Assembly: GCF_001194135.2 (NCBI RefSeq)
Contig: NC_068983.1
Location: 109,628,032 to 109,692,031, forward strand
Direction of reading: 5' to 3'
Source: Octopus bimaculoides
Lineage: Eukaryota
Length of the DNA stretch: 64,000 bases
Part shown: piece by piece, positions 35,130 to 49,720 of the stretch
How the letters are laid out: every line of letters starts with the position of its first letter
Numbering within the stretch: position 1 is the first letter of the stretch
Translations under genes and position numbers: made by a program
Notes under the pieces: model-generated
What the model was told of the DNA's origin: nothing
What the model saw: the letters and a program-made list of their open reading frames with translations, nothing else
Database searches by the model: none

Positions 35130-36700
35130 ACTATTAGAGTCAGATGTTATGACTGCATCCATGGTATCTCTTACCAGCATGAAGATAAATTATATTTCTT
35201 CAAGATCTACTATCACAGATCAATTGGCCTATGACTCTTTCCATAACCTGACCCAATAGTTTGATTGCTCTATTATTTCAATTGCTCACTAAAACATTTC
35301 CTTTGCTTTTGTAGTAGTTCATGATGACATTGCTATGCTAGTTATTGGGTATAATGCTTTCCTGTAGAACTTGATCAACTATCTAGGTGGTGGTCATGTA
35401 TCCTATCTCATCAAATATTTTGCCCATTTCCACAACTACCTCTCTTTATGGCCTTAATTGCTTTCTCAATTATACTGCTGTCAGTTTCAATCAATCATAC
35501 AGCTGTCAACTTCAATTGCTGGTCTCTCAGCAGAATCAGCAAGAATAATGCCTCTATATCCCATGCATTCTCCACATTTGGCAGCCGCTTTCAATCGTAT
35601 TTCCACTCCACTTTCTTGTCTTCCATATTTATAGTTACTATACCTTCATTATTCTGAAAAGACTTTGTATCAGTATCTTAGACTATTTCACAGTCTTACA
35701 AGCCTGAAAGTTTGAGGCCTCTCATTCTCACATTGCAGGATATATAAATCTCTGCTTCTGCCTTAACCAAATATACTTGTTGCCTAACTGCTCTTCTAGG
35801 CTTTTGATAATGCCCATCCTACTACCAGTTTCAATCCATGTTATCTAAGTTTGTCATGTCATTCCACCACCAAGTTATCTTCTGTTTGGTTGTGACTTTA
35901 CCCCAGTCACATGTCAGATCTGTAGCTTTAAGTAGGCTATTTTGAAGCCTTAAACAGTTTATTTGTGATTGCCATCTGTGCTACAGAATCTAAATCTTTC
36001 TCCTTGAAGTCAGATGCATCAATTAAAATTTCTCTAAATCTATTCTCAACTGTTGGGTCTTTTATATTTCATATTGTCTTCTTTTTCAGTGTCAATGTAG
36101 CGCTGACGCTTAAGTCAGAAGCCGTTAATCTATATCTTGAAGTGCATTCTTTGCTAGAAAAGATTTTTATATTTATAATAGCTTTCCTATCCCATATCTT
36201 GGTGAGAGTATGATCTATTTGACTTATGAGTTCACCAAACTGATATGTGATGATGTGGTTGACAGGTTTCTTAGTGTATATGTTGTAAACTTTTAGATCA
36301 GATGCATCACAGAACTGCAGAAGCCTTACACCCTCATTTCTTAAACCATATTTTAGCCATCATGTATATCACAGAAGCCATCCTTGTGTAGATCAACATG
36401 TCTGAAGTCACCAGTCATGATAATGAAGTTCCTCATTGTCATTGAGGAAATCAGCAGAAGGGGTCCATAAAAGCTGCTTTTCAGTTCTACCTGTGACACA
36501 TATGCAGAGATAAATATTGCTGTTAAGCTGCTTATAGCAACAATCATCTTAAATATTCTATCACACACCCTAATCACTCCAATTTCCTTATCAATTTCTT
36601 AGTTAGCAGAATGCCTACTTGTCCCTACAGACACACTATTACTCACTCAAAAAAGTTAGTAGAATTGTCTCTTGCTAGTGAGGAGTTTGGTTGAGGATCT
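35130..36700 (-). mobile_element. RTE-like LINE endonuclease and linker fragment
   Basis: GQVGILL, ISAYVSQV and IIMTGDFRHV, plus downstream ORF2-like remnants with stops. Confidence 0.8.
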
Positions 36701-37739
36701 TTTACTTGTCACTTGCACACAGTACATACCCACTTACGTCTGTTCTAGCAACTCTTCAGTCTCAGCAGACCTACTGTTCATTATGTCAACATTTATGATT
36801 GTAGCCTTAAAATTGTGGAACATACAAGAGGGTGTACCTTCAGTGATAAGGTTGTTTGGTTAATGGTTCACTATAGTTTCACAGCATATGTATCTGTGAG
36901 AGATAAGAAAAGTTGTGCTATGGCTTGCTGGCAATTGGTAGATTTTTATAACATCCTCATTTATAGTCCGTTTTACATGCTGGCTTCAATTGAACACTTC
37001 GACAGGATCCAAAAAACTGCAGGTCACCAAGTAACTTGCAAAACAAAGAAAAGAAAGGAAGATGCCTCTAAACTCAGTAGGAGTGTACTTGAAAGAGAGG
37101 AGGTGGCTTTATGTCAGGTGTTGAAGGTTAGAATATGAAAGAGAAAGCACAGGTATCTTGCTACAGATGAGATACATGGTCACTCCTCATTGTCTGGGAG
37201 TGGGTAACAGTTTCTGGGAGAAAGATAAAAATGAAATGAAGGGGTGACAAAGCATACTCTTACAGGTCAAGAAGGTAAATATAAAGGAGAGTATTGATGT
37301 GGATCAGCAGGAAGAGAGAGTGTGCTCCATCATAAGAGTGTGTGACAAGAATGATAGATTGTTCGAGATAGGGTCTATATTAGGAAGAAGTGAGGAACGA
37401 ACAGGAGTGGAGGTGTGGCTGATGTAAATATCAGTATGGAGGATACAAGAAACAGCAGAGGAGTGAAAAGCACCAGTATCATAAATCTGTAGATAGATCA
37501 GAAAGTAGGGAGATGATGTGCAAGGTATGAGAGTAGAGGAGGAGGGTGATGAACAGAGATAAAGATAGAGGTCAGAGAAACACAAGGGTTGCTGTAGTGA
37601 ATAATTGATAGGGGTAGATTGGGGGCTGGGCCCAGAATATACTGGCGTAAGTATAATTCTTTTAGGATCTCACTTTCACCATGATAGTGGGGGGGGGGCC
37701 TTTTTAATTACAGAGAATCACTAATCATCTTAGTCCTTT

Positions 37740-39110
37740 ATCATCTCCTCTGTGAAGTTCAGCATCTTGAGATCAGCTTTTGCCTTCCAGGGTCTCCATT
37801 TTTGACACTGTTTCCATATACTTTAAGCAATCAGCACTTCTTAGATAGCTGCTCTCATCCATATGCATCATGTGACCAAACAAGCATAATAGTTTCTCTT
37901 GCATACATCTGATTCATCTTTGCCTAATTTCTCTCAACAGTTTTGCACCTTGTTGTGCATGCAGACTAATGTTTCACATACAATGGAAAGGCACGCTAGC
38001 CTCAGTCCTTTCTAGTCTTTGCATGTCCCCTGTATTCAGGGCCCATTTCTCACTATCGTGTAGCATTACTGTTTGTATACAAACAACATACAAACTCCCT
38101 TTTATTCTACGTGCATGAGAAAGAAAAAGAGAGAGAGAGGGGGGGGAGAGAGAAAGAGACAAAGAAGGTGGGAAACAGAGAGAGAGAGAGACCTTTTGTT
38201 GCCAACAAAGGTAATAGCACACTGAACTTTTTCCAGCCACTTCTTATGCTAGCTATCATACATTTTCAGAACATCCTCTTCCACTGCTAAATAGGTCACC
38301 TAGAAACTATCTACTACTTCTGAGGATCCTTCATATTTGTACCAATAGGAATCAAACCACAAATAAAACTCTAATCATCACAGCTTTCCAGTATATTACA
38401 AATTTACTGTTTGATTTCCATAAGAGATTCTGTTGAATTTTTTCCATTGTCAAGAGGAATTTTAACCAGTATATTAGAAACTATTATTTATAGCTCCATT
38501 TGAATTGCAGTACTTTCTTAAATGCTTATTTTTAAATACATCAATACTTCAGTGGAACTAAATTATAAAATTTACTTTCTAGCTTCACTCAGTAAAGGTT
38601 CTAATTTCAGCAATTGAGAGTTCTCTGTTCACTTTGTTGCAATGATTGTTATGGCTGTCCGGTATACAATGGTTCAATTTCCTTGGACAATTATGTCCAC
38701 TTTTTCTATCATCTAGGAACATCTTATCCAAGATAGAAAAAAAAAAATTATTTACAGTGCTCTTTGTATTCTAGTAGCTTCTTCAGCACTTATTTCTCAA
38801 GACTTCAAGTAAACTGACTAGTATTATTTTATTTTTCATAGTCACCTATAGTAAGCCAGAATATTCCATGCTACCAAAGATTCATGAATCCTTTTAAAGA
38901 CCAAAGAGTAGTCCATTTGGAAAATTACAGATTGTACCTTTCTCAACATTGTATCACAATCACACAATAATCTTTTGCATACATATTTCCTACATTACTC
39001 TTTTTCTCCTAATTAACTTACTTCTATTCTTTGAATGTCGGACATTCTCTTGTCTAAGTAATCAATCACAACTGGTACAATCTTCTTGTATATTTCTTTT
39101 TGGAATGCAT
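37740..39110 (-). mobile_element. Decayed LINE ORF2 C-terminal fragments (RTE-like and CR1-like)
   Basis: LCLFGHMMHM (W.GHV.RM-like) at about 37860-37900; further degraded RT-like text to about 39100. Confidence 0.45.
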
Positions 39111-40944
39111 TTAATTGCTAGCTTTTGATATTTTCTAATTTCTGCATGCTTTTTTTTTCTGAATGGACTTTTCTATATAGAGTTCAATTCTTATCCTACT
39201 TAAGCTTTAGGTTGTCTACACTAATTTTCATATTCTCTTTTACATTTTCATTCCTTGTACCATTCCATCTGATCTCTTTATCATTAGTGTTTACCCCCTC
39301 CCCAATGCTTTTCTTTTTTTTTTGCTAAGTATGATATTTTTGCTTCTCCTTTAATATAACAGTATTTCTCCCTGATCACTCTCTCCCATGCACTACTTAT
39401 CCAGTTACATATGCTACTCTAACTTTTGTTTCCTTAACTGCTCTACTGCCCATTTTCTTTTCATGGTTATTTTTCATCCTCTTGTCTGCTAAGCATTAGA
39501 TTCTCTGCAAGCATTTTCTTAATGATTTCAACCAGCATATTTAGATCTGCACTGTTGACGTGAACCACATTTATTACATATGCAGCAACTGGAACTATGA
39601 TGTACTTCATAGTTTTCACTAGATTTTTGTCAGGTTGTTCCTGTTTGATAAGTGTCCTTATTAGAATTTTGATTTCAACTGCAATCATTGTGCCTATTTT
39701 TGCAATGTCTATCTTGATTCATTGCTTTGGATTAAAAAGTTTTATTCTTACTAATATTATCTTCTGTATAGCCACTCTTACCACTTTCTGCTTTATATAA
39801 TCTCTCATCATTTTTTGATTACTCAACATTGCTACCTTCAAATGACAATGGCTTTCCTGGTACTTTCATGTCATTGAAGATAATACTTATCTTCCTTTTG
39901 ACACTTTTGTCTCATTGTCTACTAATTATTTCTCATTTTACATGTCATTCCAAGCAATATGACTGTTCATATATCCAGTCAGTTTCCTCAATAAAATATT
40001 GTACAAGGTGTTTATTAGTCTGTAGTTCTCTACCTTAATCGATTTTTCATATTTGGGGAGCAGGACAGTCAGATTTAATACTATTCAATTCAATATAGTA
40101 TGAGGATTAGGAACCAGTTCATGTATTGTAAAATCATTAGTTTCTAAGTACTGCTTTAATGATTCCAACAATAATTTTAGATACTGCCAATATCTGGTAA
40201 AGTGCTATTTTCCCTTTTTCTTACATTTTCATTAATATCTTTCACATGATTCATAGTTTTCTACACTTTCAGTGTTCTGTTTCAACTTTTCATTCTCCAG
40301 TCAAACCACAGAATGTTGGTGCTGCATTTGTCTCACATATTAGTCTAAAACTCACTCACTTATTTGTATCTGATCTTAAACCATTTTACTTCTTAGTAAC
40401 CATCACTAGTCAAGTGAAGCATGGTTGCAGATTACTTTTATTTCCCCCTAAATTATTTTTTATATCTTAAATTTGCTAACCAGTTCTTTACTTTGAATTT
40501 ACTTTTAAGTTCTTAATTGCTAGTAGTTTAAAGACTATATTTAGCTTTTTGTGTATTAACATTTTTGAGTAAACTTGTTGATCTGGCAATTAGTTATCTT
40601 ATAACCTTTATTAAATCCCTAAAATTGCATTTCTATCTTTTAAAATGTGCCATGTACTGATTGTAAAAGATACTTGTGATGGAGAAAGTATGAGAAAAAC
40701 ATGGAAGACTGAAGCTGAGTATTTTGAGCACCACTAACAGGATGCCATATGATTGAGTTGAGTAATGCCATGCTGAATTCTTGCCAAACTCATGATGCTA
40801 AAATGAGATTGATGATAAAGACAATGATGACAGGATTTAGCCTGCATAATGCAAGGGAAGTTATGTTGGTTGTTAAAGATAATATACACATGGGACAAGT
40901 AAAACAAGCAAACAAAACAAAAAACAAACAATGCAACAAGTCAT

Positions 40945-41420
40945 CCTCATCGTCGTCATTTAACATCAGTTTTCCATACTGGCACTGGTTGGATGGTTTG
41001 ACAAGAGCTGGCCAGCCAGAGAGTTGCTCATGCTCCATTTGTCTGTTTTGGCAAGGTTTCTATGGCTGGATGCCCTTCCTAATGCCAACCATCTTACAGA
41101 GTGTGCTGGATGCTTTTTATGTGGCACCAGAATGGACGATTTTATGTGACACCAGCTCAAGTTCTTCTTATGTGGTGCTAGTACAAATACTTTTTACTTG
41201 GTGCCAGCACAAGAGCTTCCCACTTGGAACTGGCATGAGTGTTTTTACATGGTGCCAGCATGAGTTCCCTTTACATGGCACCAGCACAAGTACTTTTTAC
41301 ATGGCATGAGTGCTTTTTCATGGCACTGGCATGGGCCATCAAGAACCTGCCTGTATGCATGGATGGCTACAGTTTTACTTAGCTTGACATGTCTTCTCAG
41401 GCACAGCAAGTTATGCAGTC
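40945..41420 (-). mobile_element. RTE-type LINE 3' UTR with internal roughly 30-bp minisatellite and (GAT)n tail
   Basis: Same tail family at 48590-48700 and 63870-64000, and on + at 60190-60740; TTTTTACATGG..CCAGCAC units at 41100-41340. Confidence 0.75.
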
Positions 41421-43106
41421 ATATACAGTATATTTTCATGTGCACATGATGTTAAACATAAGGTTTTTTAGAATACTCTTATATTTTGGCCCCTTTTTGC
41501 TTTAGTGACTAGATCTGGCTGGTAATTAAAAGATAAAAAAAGAGGACAAATATAAAAATGGTTATATCTCCCATTTTCTTAGGTGACTAAAAGGGGGGGG
41601 GGAGGTTGTGTACTGCTTGCAGATTTGATACTGAATGATTTACGATTATGTATCCAAATAGAAAATGATAAGTTACATATATTCAAAGAACAACAGTAAA
41701 TGACAACATCAAAATTAGAAATCCATAAAAGAAAATACAAGGATAAGCAAAAGAATATATTTTCATGCAATGATGTATACCATCCCATAAATGCATTTTT
41801 TAGATAAGTGAAATAAGAGCCTAAATAGAATTTTAAAAACTATCTTTTGAAATATGTGAATAGTGGGAAATTAGGATTAGAGTATAAGCTTTTAAGAAAG
41901 AAGTAAACAAAGAAGTATTTTTTTATTATACTATTGACAGAAGTAAGAATGAACATTCTATTATATTTTCCCCATGAGTTGCATGATGATTGCTATGTAT
42001 AAGTTAAAAATATATTCTCATCAAAACTTCAAAATCACAAAGTAAAAATTAACCACAAAATTTCAAAGATTCCAAATGATTTCACTTCATTGCATTCCTA
42101 GGCAGACTGCCTAAAAGCAGATGTAACAATTACATTATGGTTGAATGATTGATATTATAACAGGTATATAGTCAACGACATTGTTGTCATTATCATCATC
42201 ATCATATTAGGCCTGCTATCCAAACTTGTATGGGTTGGACATCATCTCATACATGTAAGATACTGCACAAAGAATATATTCTCTTGTAAATATCTACATT
42301 CTTTACAAAGGAACTTTTTTTAAATGCTTTCCTTTAAATAGACATAACAATGCCATAGTTTATTGGATGTAGAATTGAGATATTGTAACATTCACTCTCT
42401 CACATTCATTAAAATTGGAATAAAAACTACATCATAGATGACTCAACTTAAATACTTCAAGTTCTACGACATTCTCTACATAAAATAACAAAATAACTGA
42501 AAGCATAAACAGTTTTTAAATCAAAGAAAAAGCACCTGTTACACAATAAACAGAAGCAGATAGTAATCAAGTGCTGCAACATTGTTTTCCTAATATTTCA
42601 CCAATAACCAAATAACCTTCACTAGTGCAGATAAATGGAGTCAAAATTAACAGAGGCAAAAACAAGATATTGGTAAAAGACCAAGAATGAAACTGTAAAG
42701 TAGATCTAGTTATTTTGTCTTCTATAACCTAGAAAAGATCGAAAAGTGAAAGCTGATTATCTGAATTTATTACATCTAAAATAAAGGCATGGCTGTTTGC
42801 TTAAGAAGTTCACTTCACAACGTGTGTCTGGGCTTTAGCCTGCTGTCTGGTATCTTAGACAAGTGTCTATTACCATAGATTAACCAAAGATCTCAAGTCA
42901 ACCAAAGGTTTAAATGAAATAGATGGAAACTATGTGGGAACCAATCAAATGTATGTTAAAGTATATATACGTGTGTGTGTGTGTGTGTAGTTATATGATA
43001 AAGGATGGTAGAATCAGTGGTCAAGGGAATTACCTCACAGTGTTGGGTTTATTATAGTTGCAGTCTTTTATAACCAAGTTAATTTCAGCTTTGATCCCTT
43101 ACAGGA

Positions 43107-43447
43107 TTACATCTCACTACTATATGTACAGCATAGGAAGTTAGCCATAATTTTTTTCCAGTGTCACAAATTACAAGATTGATAATATAAATATTACATT
43201 AAGTACTGGGAGTGAGATAATAGACTAACACCTGTTGAATGTAGTGTTCCAGTATGGCTGCAATCCAATGACTGGAAGCAGTAAATGAATAAAGAAACAA
43301 ATGTTAACAAAAATAGATATAGAATTATCATGAGTAGTTTAGTGACAATAGAAATCGCATTTGCCAATGAAAATGCAACATAATTTGTGACACTGGAAAA
43401 AAATTATGGCTAACTTCCTATGCTGTACATATAGTAGTGAGATGTAA
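43107..43447. repeat. Perfect 67-bp inverted repeat with 207-bp spacer
   Basis: 43107-43173 is the exact reverse complement of 43381-43447. Confidence 0.95.
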
Positions 43448-43900
43448 AATGTTCTTTATACCAGATGCAATAATTTTATAACAATTTGCAAGTATACAGA
43501 ATATGATTTAGATTATCTAAAAGTATACAGATAAAATATTTCAACAGATTCATGGAATAAGTAAACCACAGACAAAAATGTCTTACTATTTTTAGCTACA
43601 TCCCTCTACATTTTAAGTTCAAATCATTCTGAGCTCAATAATGCCTTTCGTCTTTCAAGGTCAATGAAACAAGCAACAGTTAAGCACTACATTCAATCTA
43701 ATTGACTTCACCCTAGCCTGTACCCAAATTCAAAAATTAATATCAAAAATTATTAAATTGATTACACTGAAAGCTTATTTCATATTAAAGCCTTTGATAT
43801 CAATTTATTATTCTTTTATTGTTTGAAATGAGAAGCTATTACATTCAGAATCAAGACATATAACAAACAAAGAGAGAGAGGGGGGAGAGGGGGAGAGGAG

Positions 43901-43937
<37 letters not shown>

Positions 43938-44622
43938 GAAACTTGATCTCATAAAAAAATAAAATTAATGCAAAATAGCTTTCTATTCATTGAAAAGCAA
44001 AAGTCTGCATGTTGTACACAATAGACAATATTAAAAATGTGTGAACAATAAAGTATGTTACTAGTATCGTCAAAACAAGAAATAAGTTTCTTCACATTTT
44101 ACTACTCATTGATTTTCATGGAACTTATCTGCTTATGTTAGAATACTTTTGTTATTCTCTGAAAGAAAAGAGAAAACTAATCAAATATAGCAGTCAGCAA
44201 TTGTGTGACACATTTTTCTGACATTTGATGAGATGCACATTTAGTCATGAAATAAATTAATCACTATAAATATGAACAAAACAAAATATCTTGTATTTAG
44301 AAAGTAATTTAGATTTTTGAGATTTGTACCTGTCAACTAAGCAATACATAAATAAACATCTGATTACTATTGACTAAATTCAAACATACAAGTAAAAAAC
44401 CATTCATTCTTTTCAACATCAATAACAAACATTGTATTAAGATTCAGTTTTGACCTGAAACAAATATAATTTTTTTTCAATCACATTACCAGTTAAAAAA
44501 TATTTTTTTATATATGCAGGCCTTATACCTACAATCTGATATTTTTCATCAATAGTTTTAGAGTTTGATTTTTAAACCAATTTCTTAAAAATGTGTCTTA
44601 CTTCTTTTTTATAATTACTGGT

Positions 44623-46059
44623 TTGAATATATGATTATTTTTAGAGTAATTGTTTTTACTGCTAGATGCCTTTCCTAATACCAACTAATCAACAGAGAAA
44701 TTATAGCGAATCTTGTCAGTTAAGTAGACTAAACACAAAAACTATAATAATCCACTTGATCAACAAGCTAGCATAATAAGTCCCAACTATGTCACATTGC
44801 TTACAGAGACTGTATATTATCTCATTTTGACATAATAGAAGTGTAAATAATTTCCATTAACACGCACGCCTCAATTTTTTTATCCCTCTTTTTTTTTTTT
44901 CATTCACTTCAAACCTGTTTATGACATTTTTCTTCAATATTGTATGATCTTTACATACAACACTGTTGCAGTAAAAACTATTTAAAGTTCTTACATAAAT
45001 GCTGAAACATTTATTAACCAATACCTAAAGAATTTAAAGATATTTTTGAATTTTGTATATTTTTTTGGTGAAACTTTTTATTATACAAACTATCCAAATT
45101 TTTAAAAAATAATATCTATGCCTTGCATTTAAGTTGTCTGAGAAATGTTTTAATATTATAAGGTATTTTTATCCATTTATTTCACCAATAAAAACTTGAA
45201 ATAGCAGACTTAATCCTCAAAGCAAAAGGTGTATCAGTCAAAAAAAAACCAATGATAAAACCTTTTTAAAATGAAAAATTTGATAAAGAACATTTTTATT
45301 ACTTCATCACTAAGAACTACATTCAAAGTTTCACAATTCCTACCATTCAAAGTACTGCAATATATTTCTCTGTACATTTCCAGATTATCACACCTACCAT
45401 TTTATTGTATGCAATTTCCACAGGAGGCAAAAATGCTTTTCTTCCACAATAAATATTACATATATCAATATTTAAATTGTTCACATGCCAAAGAATCCTA
45501 AAGTAAACACAATACCAAATTTCTAAATTTACAGTCATGGGAACTATTGATAAACAAACACTTGCTTTTTCTAAAGCAGAATATGTTGTTACTATTGCTT
45601 AGAAAAGATGCACAACTCCAGCATAACATTTTAAATCCTAGTATCCTTTAATTAAAACAATTAATTTTATTCTCATTGAACATCAATTGCTCATCCTGCC
45701 TAAGTGAACTAGAAAAACAGGAATACATTTTCTCCAAGTCATTCAAAAGATTGCTCAAATTACTATAAATTTCCTATATGATATAACAGATTCCGTGAAA
45801 AGCTTTCTCATTTTATCAATTATAAATCAAGTTTTTTAATCATATATCCTTGTTATGTTGCTTTTGTAAGTTTTCTTGATGTAGTTCTGAAATGGCAAGA
45901 CATACCCTGCTGGAAATATGAATAGCTACTTCAGATTTCAAATTACTTCAAATTTTGTGTTCAGACAATTAATGATTTCTTTCCATCCTAAGTTCTTTCC
46001 TAGATTTTTAGTCTGAGAAATTCAGCAGGTTCTTATACTCTCTCTCTCTCTCTCTCACT

Positions 46060-46092
<33 letters not shown>

Positions 46093-46434
46093 TCACACAT
46101 CATCATTATCCTCACTTTAAGTTGGTTTTTTAACTTTTCAAAGCTAAACAAGATTTGGCAAGCCAGAGAAATCCATCTAACTCTAACATCTTAATTCTGG
46201 CATGGTTTTTATGGTTGGATACTCTTTCTAGTATCAACCACTTTACAAAAACTGGGTGTACTAGTTTTGTAGCCTCAGTGCTAGACAGGTTATCATGCCC
46301 CTAGCAAGACTAAATTGGCTTGAATATATGATTATTTTTGGAGTAATTGTTTTTACTGCTAGATGCCTTTCCTAATACCAACCAATCAACAGAGAAATTA
46401 TAGCGAATCTTGTCAGTTAAGTAGAATAAACATA
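44623..46434. repeat. Near-identical direct repeat of about 115 bp, 1.7 kb apart
   Basis: 44623-44737 versus 46320-46434, about 4 mismatches. Confidence 0.9.
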
Positions 46435-47299
46435 ACTTTATTGAGTATACTTGGTACTTTTCTTATGGCACCAACACTAATGAGGTTCTTTTATAACTTT
46501 ACAAGATGAAACAAAGAGGAAGAATAGTGGAGAGAATAATGCCCTTGGAAAGATTAAAGAGTCTTTTCAATCTATCATTGCCTCAACTCAACTGGAAAGC
46601 TGTCAATAGAAATATCATACTTTCGAGAGAAAGTACGATAGGAGGATCAGATTTGTTCTTGTGAGAAAGTGGCCATGGAGAGAGCAATGGAGAAGACAAT
46701 GTTGGAGGTAAGAATGGAAGGGAAAAGGGAAAAGTAGCATCAGTGGTTATTGAGAAAGAGGAGAGAGTGATAAAGAAGGTGGACAGATTGAATAGAGGAA
46801 GATGCAGTACTATCTACATTATACGGGAGGATATGAGTAGCTGGGTTAAAGGTGCATGAAAAAGGACAGAGATAGGATGTGGTGGAGAGTGTATGAATGT
46901 AATGAGAACAATAAGTGAAACAGAGACAGTAGAATATCACAGTGACAGTGAGGGCAGAGTTAATGAATGAAGTGAGAGTATTCCAATGGTCATTACCACC
47001 CATTATAATGTTCATTCTGCCATGTTTGCACTAAGGTGCAGGATTTCTCCAGCATCATTTGCAGCCAATCTTTGTAGCCGTTTCTCATCTCTTTTATAAG
47101 GTTTAGCATGTTGAAGTAGGTTTTCACCACTTCACCCCACATCTTTTTAAGTGTACCTCATTGAAGGGCTTTGTTCACTTTTGAGTGTTTGGCACTTTTT
47201 ATGCAGCTTTATTATTCATATTCATCACATTTTTATGCCATATCTGACTTCTCCCTTGCATATTACATGTGATTCCTCATATTCTTTTTTAATTTTGTT

Positions 47300-47495
47300 T
47301 CAGTCATTTGACTGCAGCCATGCTGCAGCACTGCCTTTAGTTGAACAAATCAACCCCAGGACTTATTCTTTGTAAGCCTAGTACTTATTGTATCGGTTTC
47401 TTTTGCTGAACCACTAAGTTACAGGGCCGTCAACACACCAGCATCAGTTGTCAAGTGATGGTGGGGAATAAAAACAGAGACTGACACACGCATAC

Positions 47496-47547
<52 letters not shown>

Positions 47548-47690
47548 CAGGCTTCTTTCAGTTTCGTCTACCAAATCCACACACAACGTTTTGGTCAACC
47601 AGAGGCTATAGTAGGTGCCATGCAGTGGGACTGAACCCGGAACCATGCAGTTGGTAAGCAAGCTACTTACCACACAGCCACTCCTCAGTT
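47300..47690. mobile_element. Two SINE segments joined by (TA)n
   Basis: TTTCAGTCATTTGACTGC.GCCATGCT...GTTGTCAAG family (also at 10440-10640), then (TA)n, then a minus-strand tRNA-head SINE. Confidence 0.75.
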
Positions 47691-49129
47691 TATTTGTACA
47701 CACTAATATTACACAACCAGCACATTTCTTTCAATTCTCTGAAAATCTTCTGCATTTAAGGTTCATGTTGCATTACCAGTGTATCATAGCACTTAACACA
47801 CAAGTAACATATAATCTTCTTCACTGAAAGGGAGAAGCTTTTTTGCTGCCAGTAGAAAATGTAGTGACCTGATCTTTTTCTAGCTTGTTCTTGTACTGTT
47901 TACTATGCTTTCAGCATACCGCTGATAATCAAGATAATCATTCACTGATAATCAAGTCACATAGGTGACCAAAACTTTTGACTACATCAAAGGGGGGGGG
48001 GCATCACAGTAGGTTGAAAAAAAACTATTTCCTTGAATGCCTGTCATACTTAATGCTCCTGTGAATCTTCCACATATGAAGGCTACCTTTGCTGTCAGCC
48101 TGTCACTACACCTAATGTTAAGCTATCATTATTATTATTTTGTTTTTCTCTTCATTTTTCTTTGTCATAAATAAAGACAGTATCCATGACCCTCTGCAGG
48201 GCCTCTGAGACTAGTGAGACAGTAGAAAAAAATCCTCATACCAGAGACTTGGCTTGAATGCTGACAGTGGAGTGGACTCTGCTAAAGGCACTGAAGGTGT
48301 CAGGCAGTGGTTTTAAGCTGAGCAGGGGATTAAGTTTACTACTCATGTAGGTCGTGGCTGGATTTGAATCCAGAATGTAAAAAGCCAAAACAAATACTGC
48401 AAGCCAGTCTATCATTCTCACAGTTGAGACAATCCACTGTCCTGGATTGGAAAGTTTTTATCAACTCTGTAAAAGTGAAAGGTCAATTTAACCTGAGTGG
48501 TATCTAAACTAAGAGAGTCAGAACAAATACGGCAAACTATACTATCTGATGCTCTAATGATTTTGTCAATTGACTTTGTTTACACTGAGATCATCATCAT
48601 CATCGTTTAACGTCCGCTTTCCATGCTAGCATGGGTTGGACCGATTTGACTGAGGACTGGTAAACCAGATGGCTACACCAGGCTCCAATTTGGAGTTTCT
48701 ATTTACTCCTTTCCTGTATACTAAACAAGGTCGTTTCTCTGATGGCAGCAGTGTCCTGTCTCCTTTATACTTAGCATATCTTTAGTTTGGTGAAGTTTAC
48801 TTTATGACCCTTAAATACCAGGTTTTGTTTTTGTCTGGAATTTCTACCTCATATCTTCCAGAGATTCTGCTATAAGAACAAAGGCATCATCATAAGGAAG
48901 TTCTCACAGGCAACTAGTCTTAAACTTCTCTGTTATGCATAGAGTGGGGGTTGATGTCTGAGGCCTGATGGATCTCTACCTGCATGTTAATTCATCACTA
49001 AACTCATTGTGAATTCTCACCTTACTGAATGCACCACTATACATAGCTTGTATACGCCTCACAAGCCATACATCTGTCTCTAGCTACCAGATAACAGATA
49101 AGTAAATGTTAAACATTTAAGCTTACACC

Positions 49130-49720
49130 TAGCTGTTGTCTCACAAGGAAGATGGGGTGGTGGTACCTCTTTCTGGTTAAAAGCTTAACTGCAATCTCAA
49201 CCAGGCTAATCCTATTCCTAATTTTGCAATAACTTTTTCAATAGCCTTCATAACCAACTCCTACAATATGATGCAACTGTAGTTTCCACTCTCTTGTGCA
49301 ATTCCCTTTTAGTTTTTCTTATAGCTCATAATGATACTACTACAACAATCAGTGGGTATGATGTCTTTCTGTATTCAAGTGACTAAATTGTACTCTACTT
49401 TGCCATTTTTTTTTTAGCTTTTCTGGGATTAACTCTAATGGGCCAGCTGTTTCCCTGCTTCCATATCCTTAATTGCTTTATTTACCATGTTACTATCAAG
49501 TTGAATGGTTAATTACACTTGCAGTGTGATTAACAGTCTCTCAAAATAGCAATTCTATGCCTCGTCTTTTTAGCGTCAAGGGAATGCTTCATTATCATTC
49601 CATATACAATTCTCCTCAACGACATCTTGCTTCTCTTGAGTACACTATCTAACATCTGTGATTCTCATGTCATCTAACACCTTTAATTGTCAAGTCTCAG
49701 AATGTGTGCAAACTTCTTTC
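49130..49720 (-). mobile_element. RTE-like reverse transcriptase fragment
   Basis: IPTD..SSII.SYKK.KG.AQE.GNY..I.L...VMKAIEKV...Q..F.P.RGTT, RT domains 0-2. Confidence 0.75.

Noticed and set aside
41100-41340. Regularly spaced 30-bp repeats superficially like a CRISPR array
   Set aside because: Degenerate minisatellite within an RTE 3' UTR, with no unique spacers, in a eukaryotic context.
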